Shown in pieces: positions 10,442 to 20,608 of a stretch of DNA of 64,000 nucleotides. Origin of the DNA: Nitrospirota bacterium. Lineage in GTDB: Bacteria; Nitrospirota; UBA9217. The DNA is taken from assembly GCA_963754875.1 (NCBI GenBank), contig CAVWHO010000004.1, positions 1-64,000 on the forward strand, in the 5' to 3' direction. The position numbers and the translations under genes are program-made. The notes beneath the pieces are model-generated. The model searched no databases and was not told the DNA's origin. It was given only the letters and a program-made list of their open reading frames with translations. The first letter of the stretch is position 1; each line of letters opens with the position of its first letter.

Positions 10442-11054
10442 AACGCACCCCCAAAAAAGGATCTTGCACCGCATAGTAGCCGCCATGAGCGCAGGGAACG
10501 CACAGGATCTTGCCGTCCCGATAGACCTCTCTCATGTCCTGAACATGCTCACCGCAGGAGTCGCACTGCAATCTGCGCATCGGTCTTCCTGGCATGTCCT
10601 CGGGTGCAACCTTAACGATCACTTCCATCACGTCGAAGAGCTCTTCATCGGACATGATCTTGTATGCCTCAAGTTGTCCCGCATATTTGTTCTCGATCTC
10701 GGGGAAATATTCTTTTGCCTTTTGACGCGCATCTTCCCGCGCAACGATCCGCACTGCCTTGCTTGTTTTAAGGTTCACGTACGTCGCGGCCATCTTGCCG
10801 TAGTCCATGAACTTCATGGTCCGGTGACCGAGGCTGCAACCGGTTACGGATTGCACCGCGTCCGTAGCGCACCGGTCCATCTCGACATAAACGATGATGC
10901 TCTTGCGGTCCTTTCCCCGCGGGTCGCTGATACCGATCTCCCGAAGCCCGAGCATGGACATGCGAACACCCAGCACCTGACCGGCGCAAAGATGGCCATG
11001 GACTTTCACGGAAACGTCAAGACTTCGTTGAAAATTAAAAGCGTCGGGTTTCAT
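10425..11054 (-). CDS. FmdE-family protein with C-terminal zinc finger
   Basis: HGHLCAG, RCATDA, GCSLG; CDSC...CVPC. Confidence 0.88.
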   Translation of the reverse strand: MKPDAFNFQRSLDVSVKVHGHLCAGQVLGVRMSMLGLREIGISDPRGKDRKSIIVYVEMDRCATDAVQSVTGCSLGHRTMKFMDYGKMAATYVNLKTSKAVRIVAREDARQKAKEYFPEIENKYAGQLEAYKIMSDEELFDVMEVIVKVAPEDMPGRPMRRLQCDSCGEHVQDMREVYRDGKILCVPCAHGGYYAVQDPFLGVRYAEKP

Positions 11055-11426
11055 TCATTATCTCCATCAAGGTTTCATAAACCGAGCACGGATCGAAAGG
11101 CTTTTCAAAGAAGGCCCGAACATCCAGGCCCGCTAATTGCCGCGTTATCTCCAACCTCTTCACGGTGGCGGACATCATTACAACTTTACAGTTCTTATCG
11201 TGCGTCCTCAGTTCTCTTACAAGTTCAACCCGTTCATGGGCACCATGAAAACATCGGAGACCAGGATCTCGAACGTCTCTTCGCGAATTAATGACAGCGC
11301 ATTGTCTGACGATGCGGTCCAAACAACGTCAAAATTCTTCTCGGTGAGATATAAACCCAACGACTCAGCGATAAGTTCATCATCATCAACCACGAGGACC
11401 CTCGGTTTTCCGACGCCTGCACTCAA
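11035..11426 (-). CDS. Single-domain response regulator, frameshift near 11230
   Basis: VLVVDD...SDVFMVPMNG continues in another frame as ELVRELR...MMSA...FEKPF. Confidence 0.78.
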
Positions 11427-11974
11427 TTTGCCTCCCCCTTTTACAACTCATTCCTGATTCGAATGGAATTCTTATAGTCAAAGTCGGCATATTGAGCTCT
11501 TTCAGTTGCACGAAAAATCGCCGTCACCTACCCAATCCGGCAAATCATCTTTCCCGCTCTTCCTGTTTTTTTTATCATTGCCCTTAATGCTGGTTTGTGC
11601 GCGTTTGCCCGTTTTTTTAAAACGGATGCCGGATGCAATGCCTTTCTAGGACCGTTCATCGAATTGCTACCGGAGGGTGCGGAAGAAATCATACCGCCTT
11701 TACTCGTAATGAGCTCCGCATGAGCTCCGCTTCATTCGCCGCCAAACTGATTGCCGGCAGCGTCAGCAAGCATACGGTAATAAATATATTTTTTGTGTCC
11801 ATGGAACTTGCTCCTAACCATTGCAGATAAGGCAACGGGGAACGGGAGAGCATTCCCGTCCCCGTCGTATCGCTGCTTCTGAGACGCCTATTTTTCCGGA
11901 GAGTGAGAACAACAGTTCGCCGGAACAATGCGCCCTCTCGCCGAATGTGGGGGGCATCCATATTTTTCACCATC

Positions 11975-14900
11975 CTACGCCTTCACGACATCAACCCGTG
12001 AATCGTAGAAGGAACAGCTGCCGCCGATAGGGTCTGACAAACACATGTTTTTGACTGCCGGGTCAACCCTCATCACGGCATTTGGACAAATGCCGGCGCC
12101 CCGGCGCGGATCTCCTTTGACAATCTGGCCGTCAACGCTTACGTCATGGCTGCCATAGGCCCAATGGCCGAAACTCCAACTGGCGGCCACCGTGCCGGGC
12201 CGGATACCTTCGACAACGCGCAGCATGCCGACCACGTCCTTGGTACGGTTGTCAGTCAAGGGGATAGTGCCGGTGGGGTTATCCTGCCCTACCAGACGCA
12301 CCCGGTCGCCGTTCTTCAGACCCAGTTTTTGCGCATCGACCGTGTTCATCATGACGTAGTTTTCACCCATTTCCGCCGTCATGGTCCAATAGTTACTGAT
12401 GGTCCTCGATTGGCCGCCAAGAACCAGCTTATAGGTAAAGAGCTGAAAAGAAGCTTGACTGTTGAACTGAACATTTTTCCCGGATGCATCCTGCACCGGC
12501 TGATAAATCGGCATGCCAGGCAGATTTTTACCGGTCATGGAATGCTTGCCCAGCGCGACGTTCTCAACGAACAGGTTGAACTGGCTTTTGAACTGGTGTG
12601 TCACCTTGTCTCCGCTGTAGGCCCCGCTTGCTTCTTCGAAGCGTCCGCCCCGATTGAGAACGGTAACCACGCGCCGCCACATGCCGCCGACCGCGCCGTT
12701 CCAGCGTTTTTCATCAAAGACCGCCGGGGAGAGATGACGCCGGGCCTTGAGAAAGATCTTCATTTCTTCATCGGATGCCGGGGGCACTTTGTCCTCGCCG
12801 TCCTTGTCGCCGAAAGCGACATTGGCCACTTCCTTGAGATAATAATCTTCACTTGAACGGAAATCCAGTCCCGGCCCAAAACCGTCTTTCCCACACCCCG
12901 GAGCTTTCAGTTTTTCGGCCAGGGCCAGATGGACCGCTTCCATGGAGATGTGCTGCTCGTGTCCAAAGACCGTACAGGTCTCCACCAGAGATTCCACTGC
13001 TGGTTGCCGGACCTCGCTGCCGGCAGTCAGGATGGTTGGGGTAAGGTGCGGCATGCCCCAACGCTCCCAGATTGCCGTATCCGGAAAAATATAGTCACAG
13101 TACATGGAGGACTCGCCGATTACGATATCATCTGTAAAAAGAAGCGGAATTTTCTTGGGATCTCGCAGAATTTCAAGGGTCGAGTTTGCTCCCGGCACCG
13201 ACAGCCCGGGAGTTCCCATGTGCAGAAAGAGGGCCTTGATAGGATAAGGATACCCAACTGCCGCGCTGGGGATGACCTCCTGATAGACGTTGGCCGTGTA
13301 AGGATACCAGGTACGCTTGGCAGGATAACCGTGCTTTCGGAACAGACTCGTCTCTTCGTAGTGGATTTTTTCCCTGCTTACAGGCACTCCGAAACAGCCA
13401 AGTTTTCCCGGATGCAACTTAGCAAGCGGAAAGGGCTGGCCCTTCTGGTCGCCTGTCTCATGCCACCCGCCGCCGCCCGCCATCAGGCCGCCCTTCCAAT
13501 CTCCATTGCCGATCAGCAAATTGAGAGTAAGGATGGCATGACCGTTGTGGTAGCCGTTGGTATGCTGCACCGGGCCCCGGTACATATCCGCAACGGCTTT
13601 GCGGCCGTGGCTGGTAAACTCCCGGGCGACCTCAATTACCTGCTCCAGCGGGATACCGGCCTCGTCCGCCCAGTCCTGAACGCTGTGCTCCATGACGATA
13701 TCGCGCAAAAGGGCGAAACTGGTTTTGTATTTGACGCCGCCAATTTTGCCCTCGGCAAAAAGATCGCCCACGAGGGGGGCGCCTTCCTCCTTGTAGGGGT
13801 CGAAGGGAACGAGTCTGCCGTTCACGCGCACCAGAAAATCATGGCTCGCGCTGACCTTGCATTCATCACCCCGCAGCATTTTGACGCCTTTTTTGCCGTC
13901 CTCGCTCAGCATGACCAGATGAGCTGCGTTGCTCCAGGTCGTATCGCCGTTTTGTTTGGCGGCGCTCCTGTTGGCTGCCCGAAGATATGCCTCATTATAC
14001 CGCTTGTTGTCTATGATCCAGCGTATCATCCCAAAGGCCAGGGCCGCATCGCAGCCCGGTTTCACCGGCAGCCAGTAATTGGCCTTGGCGGCGGTGTTGC
14101 TCAAGCGCGGGTCAATGACCGCAAATTTAAAATTATTTCTGGCCTGGGCGTTGGTGAGGTACGAGGCCCAGCATGTGGGGCCGAAATTGGCCTCGAACGG
14201 GCTGGTGCCGAAGAACATCACGAATTCAGAATTGGGAATATCGGGCTTCATATGTTCTTTGCCGTCATTCCATTTTCCGTCTTTGTATTGTCCGGTAAAT
14301 TGCTTATAAGCAATATGATGGGATTGCTCACAGACGGTGGTGTGCTCGATCCAGTTGGCGGACCCCAGGGAATCTATTAATACGCGTTTGGAAAAATCCG
14401 CCCTGCCGGGTTCGATACGCCCGGCCAGAAAGACAAACTGGTTGTTTTTCGGCCCCAGATCCGGATGATTAGGATCAATTAACTTGTCAAGATCGGCCCG
14501 ATGGGCAGCCTGGAACTGGGCGACGCTCATTTCGCCTTTGGCAACCTTTTGAGCATCGCCCTTCAAGGCCGCCATCTGAGCGGGATCACGCACGGCAAGG
14601 ATTTTTTTCAGGCCTTCTACCGGGCCTTCATCAAAGAGATTGCCGCCGTTGACTATTTCATCGATAGCCTTATCAAAGTCAATGGTTACCCATTTATTTT
14701 CGCCCCGCTTGGTGCCGGGCTTTCTTTTCAGCACCTTTCTGATCCGATAGGGGTCATAAAGGGTTTGCACCCCCGCCTGGCCCTTGGGGCAGAGACGGCC
14801 GTCATAGCGTGCGGCCTCCTGTGGACTGGTATTATAGGAGAGCTGCGGAGTCATGTTCATGGGACTGTAGGGGTTGCCGTCAACCTTAACCATGGTCCCG

Positions 14901-15184
14901 TTCAGAATACTGGCCTTGATCGTACAAGCAGTGTGGCATTGCAGACAGCAGGTATAAATGATGTTTTCCGCCTCCCCGAAAGGGTAGGCGTTGACAAAAT
15001 CGTCTGCCGCCTTGGCCGAGCCGGAGAGCAGGTTCAGACCGGACAGTTGGCCAAGCGCTAAAACCCCGCCGTAGAAGGCGGTGTTTTTCAAAAAACAACG
15101 CCGGGTCATCGGCATCCGAACCCCGTCGATTTCCAGCGTATCCCCTAGGGTTTTGTCTCGTTTTTTCTTATCCTTGCTCTTCAT
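11975..15184 (-). CDS. DMSO-reductase-family molybdopterin oxidoreductase catalytic subunit, TtrA/SrdA-like, Tat-exported
   Basis: TRRCFLK twin-arginine signal; CLQCHTAC...C Fe-S motif; HTTVC candidate Mo ligand; 1069 aa; B-C-A gene order. Confidence 0.88.
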   Translation of the reverse strand: MKSKDKKKRDKTLGDTLEIDGVRMPMTRRCFLKNTAFYGGVLALGQLSGLNLLSGSAKAADDFVNAYPFGEAENIIYTCCLQCHTACTIKASILNGTMVKVDGNPYSPMNMTPQLSYNTSPQEAARYDGRLCPKGQAGVQTLYDPYRIRKVLKRKPGTKRGENKWVTIDFDKAIDEIVNGGNLFDEGPVEGLKKILAVRDPAQMAALKGDAQKVAKGEMSVAQFQAAHRADLDKLIDPNHPDLGPKNNQFVFLAGRIEPGRADFSKRVLIDSLGSANWIEHTTVCEQSHHIAYKQFTGQYKDGKWNDGKEHMKPDIPNSEFVMFFGTSPFEANFGPTCWASYLTNAQARNNFKFAVIDPRLSNTAAKANYWLPVKPGCDAALAFGMIRWIIDNKRYNEAYLRAANRSAAKQNGDTTWSNAAHLVMLSEDGKKGVKMLRGDECKVSASHDFLVRVNGRLVPFDPYKEEGAPLVGDLFAEGKIGGVKYKTSFALLRDIVMEHSVQDWADEAGIPLEQVIEVAREFTSHGRKAVADMYRGPVQHTNGYHNGHAILTLNLLIGNGDWKGGLMAGGGGWHETGDQKGQPFPLAKLHPGKLGCFGVPVSREKIHYEETSLFRKHGYPAKRTWYPYTANVYQEVIPSAAVGYPYPIKALFLHMGTPGLSVPGANSTLEILRDPKKIPLLFTDDIVIGESSMYCDYIFPDTAIWERWGMPHLTPTILTAGSEVRQPAVESLVETCTVFGHEQHISMEAVHLALAEKLKAPGCGKDGFGPGLDFRSSEDYYLKEVANVAFGDKDGEDKVPPASDEEMKIFLKARRHLSPAVFDEKRWNGAVGGMWRRVVTVLNRGGRFEEASGAYSGDKVTHQFKSQFNLFVENVALGKHSMTGKNLPGMPIYQPVQDASGKNVQFNSQASFQLFTYKLVLGGQSRTISNYWTMTAEMGENYVMMNTVDAQKLGLKNGDRVRLVGQDNPTGTIPLTDNRTKDVVGMLRVVEGIRPGTVAASWSFGHWAYGSHDVSVDGQIVKGDPRRGAGICPNAVMRVDPAVKNMCLSDPIGGSCSFYDSRVDVVKA

Positions 15185-16443
15185 TCTGCCACCTCGCTGT
15201 TCTCCGTATTTACGATCGGAAGGAATTTTTCGCCAATCAGAAAGAGCAGTACGCTAAAGGAGGCAACCCATAGCGATACCAGCCATTCCATGGCGCTGGG
15301 CTGATAGGCGTAGTGCAGACCAGGGCCGGTGAAGGCGTTCTGCAAGCCCGCAATTTCGGGATTAATCTGGGCCGGGATGACGATATTGAGACGGACAGCC
15401 ATAAAGGTCACCACGACCAGGAGACAGGCAAAGGCGATGGCACCGCCGGACGTTGCATCAGGTTTCCTGCCCGGCAAAGACTTCGAGAACAGGATGACAA
15501 CCGGAAGCGCAATGCCGAATAAAAAATGGACGAGCCAGAAAATGTACCAGTGCTGCCCTGTCAACATCGCTTTCAGGGGGATGCCTTCAGCCGGAATTCC
15601 GGGATAAAGACCGATAAGAATTTCCGAGATCTCCAGCAAAAAATCAAAGAGCACGAGGGCCAGAACGATGGTACCCAGGAATTTCATTGTTTCATTAAAC
15701 TGTTTTTTGTTCTTATCCGGACCAAAGATATACGTTACGGCGGTCAACAACGCTCCACCGGAGGCCAGCGCCCCGATGAGGAAGGCAATGGGCGTTAAAC
15801 CGCTGTGCCAGTGAGGCCGGGCGCCGACCACGCCGAATAAGGCCCCGACGCCGCCATGGAAAGCGATGGCCAGGGGTACACCGAGGGTGCCAAGCACTCT
15901 GAGCACCCGGCTGTCATGTTTTTTTGCTTCCTCCGATGTGTCGGTGCTGCCTAGTGACAGAAGTCCGGCCAGACCTGCGGACCCTCCCTTGCCTGTACGA
16001 GCCGCGTTGATCAGATCCACCCTGGTGGCATACCACAATTCAACGAGAACAATGAGAAAATAGGCGGAATAGAGATATCCCATCCATGACATCATTGACG
16101 TGGGATTGAGAATTATTCTGTAAACCCTGAACGGGTGACCGATGTCAAGCCAGATGGAAATCAGGGCGGCCACCAGACAGCCAAAGGCCGTGAACAGGGC
16201 CAGTTTGCCTATCTTTTCCAGTTTCTCAATCCGCACCACATATACCAGCGTGGACAGAAGAAATGATCCGGCTGACAAACCGATAAAATAGATATAGGCT
16301 GCCACCCAAAGCCCCCAAGGAATATAGGAGCCGTAATTGGTTAAACGGTGACCGGTGGTAAAGCGGAAATACATACCGAAAAGCCCCACCCCGAAGCCGA
16401 TAACGGCGAGTAACCAGATAAGTTGCTTTATTGACCGTTTCAT
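15181..16443 (-). CDS. NrfD/PsrC-family membrane anchor (quinol-interacting) subunit
   Basis: PWGLWVAAYIYFIGLSAG, DIGHPFR, SMMSW; multiple TM helices. Confidence 0.92.
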   Translation of the reverse strand: MKRSIKQLIWLLAVIGFGVGLFGMYFRFTTGHRLTNYGSYIPWGLWVAAYIYFIGLSAGSFLLSTLVYVVRIEKLEKIGKLALFTAFGCLVAALISIWLDIGHPFRVYRIILNPTSMMSWMGYLYSAYFLIVLVELWYATRVDLINAARTGKGGSAGLAGLLSLGSTDTSEEAKKHDSRVLRVLGTLGVPLAIAFHGGVGALFGVVGARPHWHSGLTPIAFLIGALASGGALLTAVTYIFGPDKNKKQFNETMKFLGTIVLALVLFDFLLEISEILIGLYPGIPAEGIPLKAMLTGQHWYIFWLVHFLFGIALPVVILFSKSLPGRKPDATSGGAIAFACLLVVVTFMAVRLNIVIPAQINPEIAGLQNAFTGPGLHYAYQPSAMEWLVSLWVASFSVLLFLIGEKFLPIVNTENSEVAE

Positions 16444-16458
16444 TTTAATTCCTCCTTG

Positions 16459-17184
16459 TTAGCCCAAATATGACGTGGTCGGACGGGTCCCTTCTTCCTC
16501 TTTAAGCTTTTGGATCCGGGGAGAGCCGAGAAGCCTGGAAACAAGGCTCTGGGGATCATTGGCATCGCCGAAATAGGTCGCGTCTCCGAGACAGGTTGCA
16601 ACGCAGGCCGGCAGCATGCCCTTTTCCACCCGGTGGAGGCAGTAGGTGCACTTTCTCGCATTGCCTACCGGAGAACTCTCCCGGTCCTTGCGGGGCCATT
16701 CCTGGCCGTACTCAAAGTTCTGCGCTTTTTCGTATTGAGGAATGAAGGGTGTGTTGTCGGAGTAATAAAATCCCAAATCAAAGGTCCTGGCCGAATAGGG
16801 GCAGGCGTTGATGCAGTAACGGCAGCCGATACATTTTTTGTAATCAATTTCCACAATGCCATCGGGCCGCTTCCAGGTGGCTTTGGCCGGACAGACTTTT
16901 ACGCAGGGCGGAGAGTCACATTGCATGCAGGGCCGCGGCATAAACGTCTTGCGCACATTGGGATATTTCCCGACTTCCTTTTCAATAACGGGCCGGTATA
17001 CAACCCCCGGCGGCAGATGATTTTCCGCTACACAGGCCGTCGTACAGGCCGTGCAGCCGATACATTTCGCCAAGTCGATGACCATGGCCCAATGCCTTTG
17101 ATTGCTCGGTTTTTTCAGGGCGCGTTGTACATCCTTTATCATCAGCTCCCTGACTTCGTGAGGTTCGATGTCAATAATGGCCAT
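16459..17184 (-). CDS. Four-cluster [4Fe-4S] electron transfer subunit (TtrB/NrfC-like)
   Basis: CIGCTAC...C, CMQC...C..VCP, CIGCRYC...CP, KCTYC...C...C. Confidence 0.93.
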   Translation of the reverse strand: MAIIDIEPHEVRELMIKDVQRALKKPSNQRHWAMVIDLAKCIGCTACTTACVAENHLPPGVVYRPVIEKEVGKYPNVRKTFMPRPCMQCDSPPCVKVCPAKATWKRPDGIVEIDYKKCIGCRYCINACPYSARTFDLGFYYSDNTPFIPQYEKAQNFEYGQEWPRKDRESSPVGNARKCTYCLHRVEKGMLPACVATCLGDATYFGDANDPQSLVSRLLGSPRIQKLKEEEGTRPTTSYLG

Positions 17185-17275
17185 TGTTATCCTCCCTTTT
17201 CAAAATTTCAAAACCACTATCTTCTTCCAAATGCGTCGCTCAGCGGCATATTGTGCGGTTCAAAATCTCAAGTTG

Positions 17276-17452
17276 TTATTTTGTGTCCCTATCTTTAGAA
17301 ACCGAATCACCCTTTTCCCCTGTCATCGCCTTCTTGAATCCCCCGATCGCCTCGCCGAGTCCCTTGCCGAGGCCGGGTAGACGCGACGGCCCGAAGAGCA
17401 CTAGGACGATCACGAGAATAATTACGATCTCGGGCATACCCAAGCCGAACAT
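17276..17452 (-). CDS. tatA: Second TatA/E subunit (58 aa, absent from the ORF track)
   Basis: Manual translation MFGLGMPEIVIILVIVLVLFGPSRLPGLGKGLGEAIGGFKKAM...; AGGAGG RBS. Confidence 0.92.
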   Translation of the reverse strand: MFGLGMPEIVIILVIVLVLFGPSRLPGLGKGLGEAIGGFKKAMTGEKGDSVSKDRDTK

Positions 17453-17589
17453 ATGGCTCCTCCTTTTACTCGTACGGCTCCACTAATTTATGGATCTTTG
17501 CACAATGATATATACGGTTTAAATCTCCTGTCGCGCTCTGCCGTATCTTCGCAAGACAATACAGCAGTGCAAATACCTCTGTGATCTTA

Positions 17590-17755
17590 TACAAGCTTGA
17601 TGCCAGTCATAACTTACTGATTATCAATGGATTGATATTTTCAGTATGTTACGGTCCCGAAACACTTAAATGGGGAAGGTGTCTCTAATATTCTGTTATT
17701 TCATACTAAATGGAGTCGAGGGAAGATCGAAGGTGTGTGTTACGAGAAGGTAACG
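17590..17755 (-). promoter_or_regulatory. Sigma-54-type promoter with an IHF site and two upstream activator sites
   Basis: Minus strand TGGCATCAAGCTTGTA (17605-17590; GG-N10-GT); TATCAATGGATTG IHF consensus at 17622-17634; TGTTAC-N6-GAAACA at 17647-17664; TGTTAC-N6-GTAACG at 17738-17755. Confidence 0.7.
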
Positions 17756-17798
17756 CATGAACGGAAGGGAAATTGAGTATCAACTCGATTCTTTTTTT

Positions 17799-19139
17799 TC
17801 AGATGTCAATCCTGTAGGATTTCACTTTTTCCCAAAGAGTCTTTCTGCTTATGCCGAGCACTTCTGCCGCTTTTGTCCTGTTGCCGTTCACGGTCTTTAA
17901 AACGCTCACAATATGATTCTTCTCGGCGTCCGCGGCAATACCCGAAAGAAGCGCTCTTCCGTCATTCTGGCGCTCTTTCATCAAAGGAATAGGCAATTCT
18001 TCTCCGGCAATAACGTCCGTCTCTGCAAGGGTGACGCATCGCTCAATAATGTTTTCAAGCTCCCTGACGTTGCCAGGATAATCATACGCTAGGAGCGCAT
18101 CGACTGCCTCTCTCGACAACCTGACGTTCTTTGAAAGTTTGCTTCTGAATTTGTCCATGAAAAATTCCATAAGGTTGGGGAGGTCTTCGCGCCGTTCCCG
18201 GAGCGGTGGAAGACTTATCGGGATGACGTTCAGACGGTAATAGAGATCCTCGCGGAAACGGCCTACCTTGACCTCTTGCTCAAGGCCCTTGTTGGTCGCG
18301 GCAAGGATCCTTACGTCAGCGGCCAGCGTTGAAGTCCCGCCCACGCGCTCGAAGGTCTTTTCCTGAATGACCCTCAGTATTTTTGTCTGCGTGGAAAGAG
18401 GAAGGTCGCCGATCTCGTCGAGAAAAATCGTTCCTCCCTGAGCAAGCTCGAACCTGCCGGGCTTTCGCCTGACGGCGCCGGTGAAAGCGCCTTTCTCGTG
18501 GCCGAACAGCTCGCTCTCGATCAGGCCTTCTGGCAGCGCGGCGCAGTTGACCTTGATAATTGGCTTGCCCTTCCGTTTGCTCTGATAATGGATCGTCGTG
18601 GCTATCAACTCCTTGCCGGTTCCGCTTTCCCCGCGGATCAATACCGTTGAGTCAGACGGGGCGACCTTTTCGATGAAAGAAAAGACTTTTTTCATTTCCC
18701 CGCTTTCGCCGACTATATTCGGCGCAGAGTAACACCGGCTGAGATCCTTCCTCAGCCTGATGTTCTCCTCTTTAAGTCGCTTGATTTCAACGGCCCGTTC
18801 GACGAGCAGGAGGAACTCATCGAGAGCAAAAGGCTTCGTGATGTAATCAAACGCCCCCAGCTTCATCGCCTCGACAGCGTCCTGGATCGTGCCGTAGGCG
18901 GTCATGACGATAACGGGAACATCCTTTTTGGCGGTGATTTCCTTCACGACCTCGAACCCATCCATGTCGGGCAGCCTGAAATCGGTTACGACGATATCGA
19001 AGGAGTTTTGTTTCAGGGCGTGCAACGCCGCGGCCCCCGTCTCGAAGGACATAACCTCGTAGCCGACCCTGGCGAGCGCATCTTCGACGCTGATACGCAT
19101 CAGCTTGTCGTCTTCTATAACGAGGACCATTTCTTTCAT
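17799..19139 (-). CDS. NtrC/AtoC-family sigma-54-dependent response regulator
   Basis: Receiver domain, GESGTGKE, GAFTGA, C-terminal Fis-type HTH. Confidence 0.96.
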   Translation of the reverse strand: MKEMVLVIEDDKLMRISVEDALARVGYEVMSFETGAAALHALKQNSFDIVVTDFRLPDMDGFEVVKEITAKKDVPVIVMTAYGTIQDAVEAMKLGAFDYITKPFALDEFLLLVERAVEIKRLKEENIRLRKDLSRCYSAPNIVGESGEMKKVFSFIEKVAPSDSTVLIRGESGTGKELIATTIHYQSKRKGKPIIKVNCAALPEGLIESELFGHEKGAFTGAVRRKPGRFELAQGGTIFLDEIGDLPLSTQTKILRVIQEKTFERVGGTSTLAADVRILAATNKGLEQEVKVGRFREDLYYRLNVIPISLPPLRERREDLPNLMEFFMDKFRSKLSKNVRLSREAVDALLAYDYPGNVRELENIIERCVTLAETDVIAGEELPIPLMKERQNDGRALLSGIAADAEKNHIVSVLKTVNGNRTKAAEVLGISRKTLWEKVKSYRIDI

Positions 19140-20608
19140 ACTGCCCCACCAAGAGGGAATTTCATGATAAACCTGCTCCCTTTCCCGATTTCGCTTTCAA
19201 CCGCGATTTCTCCAGTATAGTTTCTAACTATCTCGTAGGTCAACCAGAGACCGAGGCCGGTGCCTTCTCCCGTAGGCTTCGTCGTAAAAAAGGGATCAAA
19301 AATCCTGCCGAGATGGTCTTTTACGATGCCGCAGCCGCTGTCAATGACCTCGATCACAACCTGAGAACCTTCCAGCCGCGCCCGGACCTCTAGCGTGCCG
19401 CCGTCTTTCATGGCATGAACCGCGTTGATGAACAGATTCAGAAGCAGTTGCTGAAAATCATGAACGTCGAAGGTTATGTGCAGTTCCTCCGGGACACCGT
19501 TCCTGAAGATGATCCGTCCCTTCTTCATCTTATATTCGAGAAACGAGTATACGCTGTCCACGGTGTTCCTGACCGGCACGTCAACGGGTAGATGTTCGGC
19601 CTTGCGCGACATCCACAATAGCTTGCTGACCGTCGTTTCTATGCGCTCCAGGCCTTCATTGACAAGATCCAGGTACTTCCGTCGAAGTTCAGGATTGCCG
19701 CCGTCCTGCTTAAGTATTTGGAGACAGTTGAACATCCCGCCGAGCGGATTATTGATCCCGTGGGCCACGCCCGAGGCGAGGATGCCGACGGATGCGAGTT
19801 TTTCCGACTGGACGAGCTTCTCATGGGTCTTTTTCAGCTCTTCATTGGCCTGCCGGATCCTCCCGATCATGCTGTTAAACCGCTCTCCCAGCACCGCAAG
19901 TTCGTCATGGCCCCGTATATCGACTTTGACGTCCAGGTAATCGCCGCGCGCCAGGTCCATGGTATTGGCGAGCTGCGTGATCGGGCTGATGAACCTGCGG
20001 CTCAGGAGCAGGATGATTACAAAGCCCGCAACCAAAAGGATAACGGTCAAGGTTATGATTTTAACGATGGTAGCACGGATTTCATGCTCGGCCTTTTCGA
20101 GGGAAATGCCGAATTTCAGGGTTCCCCATCTCTTTTTGCCGATGGAAAGGGGCACACCGAAGTCCAGAGCATTGTGCTCGCCGTTGGAAAACCGCTGAAT
20201 GATCGTGCTCTCGGCGGCAAGGGCGGCTTTGGTCAGAGGGTCTGAATAGACTTTTCCATATTCCGCAACCTTGTTGTGAGAAATGACCTTGCCGTCTTCA
20301 TCGAGAATGGCGATATAAAGGAGATTCAAATCCTGACGGTTGAATATCTCCATAATATAGTTGTCCAGCAGACCGCCTTCCTCTACCAGGCCGAGCCGTT
20401 CATAGATCAGGTCGTTGATGATCGGGATCGCGAGCGTTTCGCCGAGGAGGCGCCCCTCCTTTTCCACTTCGTCGGAAAGGATGCTCCTTTCCCGGTCGAC
20501 GGCAAGATATCCGGCGATGCTCATGACCGTGATGATCGCGCAGGTCGCGATGAGAATGAATTTTTGCCGGATGCCCAGATGGGCAAGGAATATCGATGCC
20601 CTGCTCAT
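19136..20608 (-). CDS. HAMP-domain sensor histidine kinase
   Basis: Two TMs, HAMP, H-box AHGINNP, N/G1/F/G2 boxes. Confidence 0.94.
   Translation of the reverse strand: MSRASIFLAHLGIRQKFILIATCAIITVMSIAGYLAVDRERSILSDEVEKEGRLLGETLAIPIINDLIYERLGLVEEGGLLDNYIMEIFNRQDLNLLYIAILDEDGKVISHNKVAEYGKVYSDPLTKAALAAESTIIQRFSNGEHNALDFGVPLSIGKKRWGTLKFGISLEKAEHEIRATIVKIITLTVILLVAGFVIILLLSRRFISPITQLANTMDLARGDYLDVKVDIRGHDELAVLGERFNSMIGRIRQANEELKKTHEKLVQSEKLASVGILASGVAHGINNPLGGMFNCLQILKQDGGNPELRRKYLDLVNEGLERIETTVSKLLWMSRKAEHLPVDVPVRNTVDSVYSFLEYKMKKGRIIFRNGVPEELHITFDVHDFQQLLLNLFINAVHAMKDGGTLEVRARLEGSQVVIEVIDSGCGIVKDHLGRIFDPFFTTKPTGEGTGLGLWLTYEIVRNYTGEIAVESEIGKGSRFIMKFPLGGAV

Noticed and set aside
11460..11973. Moco riboswitch or a real 94-aa gene between the reductase and the Moco operon
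   Set aside because: Only a hairpin (about 11834-11865) and a short signal-peptide-like remnant (MDTKNIFITVCLL...) are visible; neither call can be supported.
11975..15184. Calling the molybdoenzyme ArrA or AioA because of the nearby ars genes
   Set aside because: Its length (1069 aa), the B-C-A order with an NrfD anchor and the absence of a Rieske subunit fit the Ttr/Srd clade; the substrate is left open.
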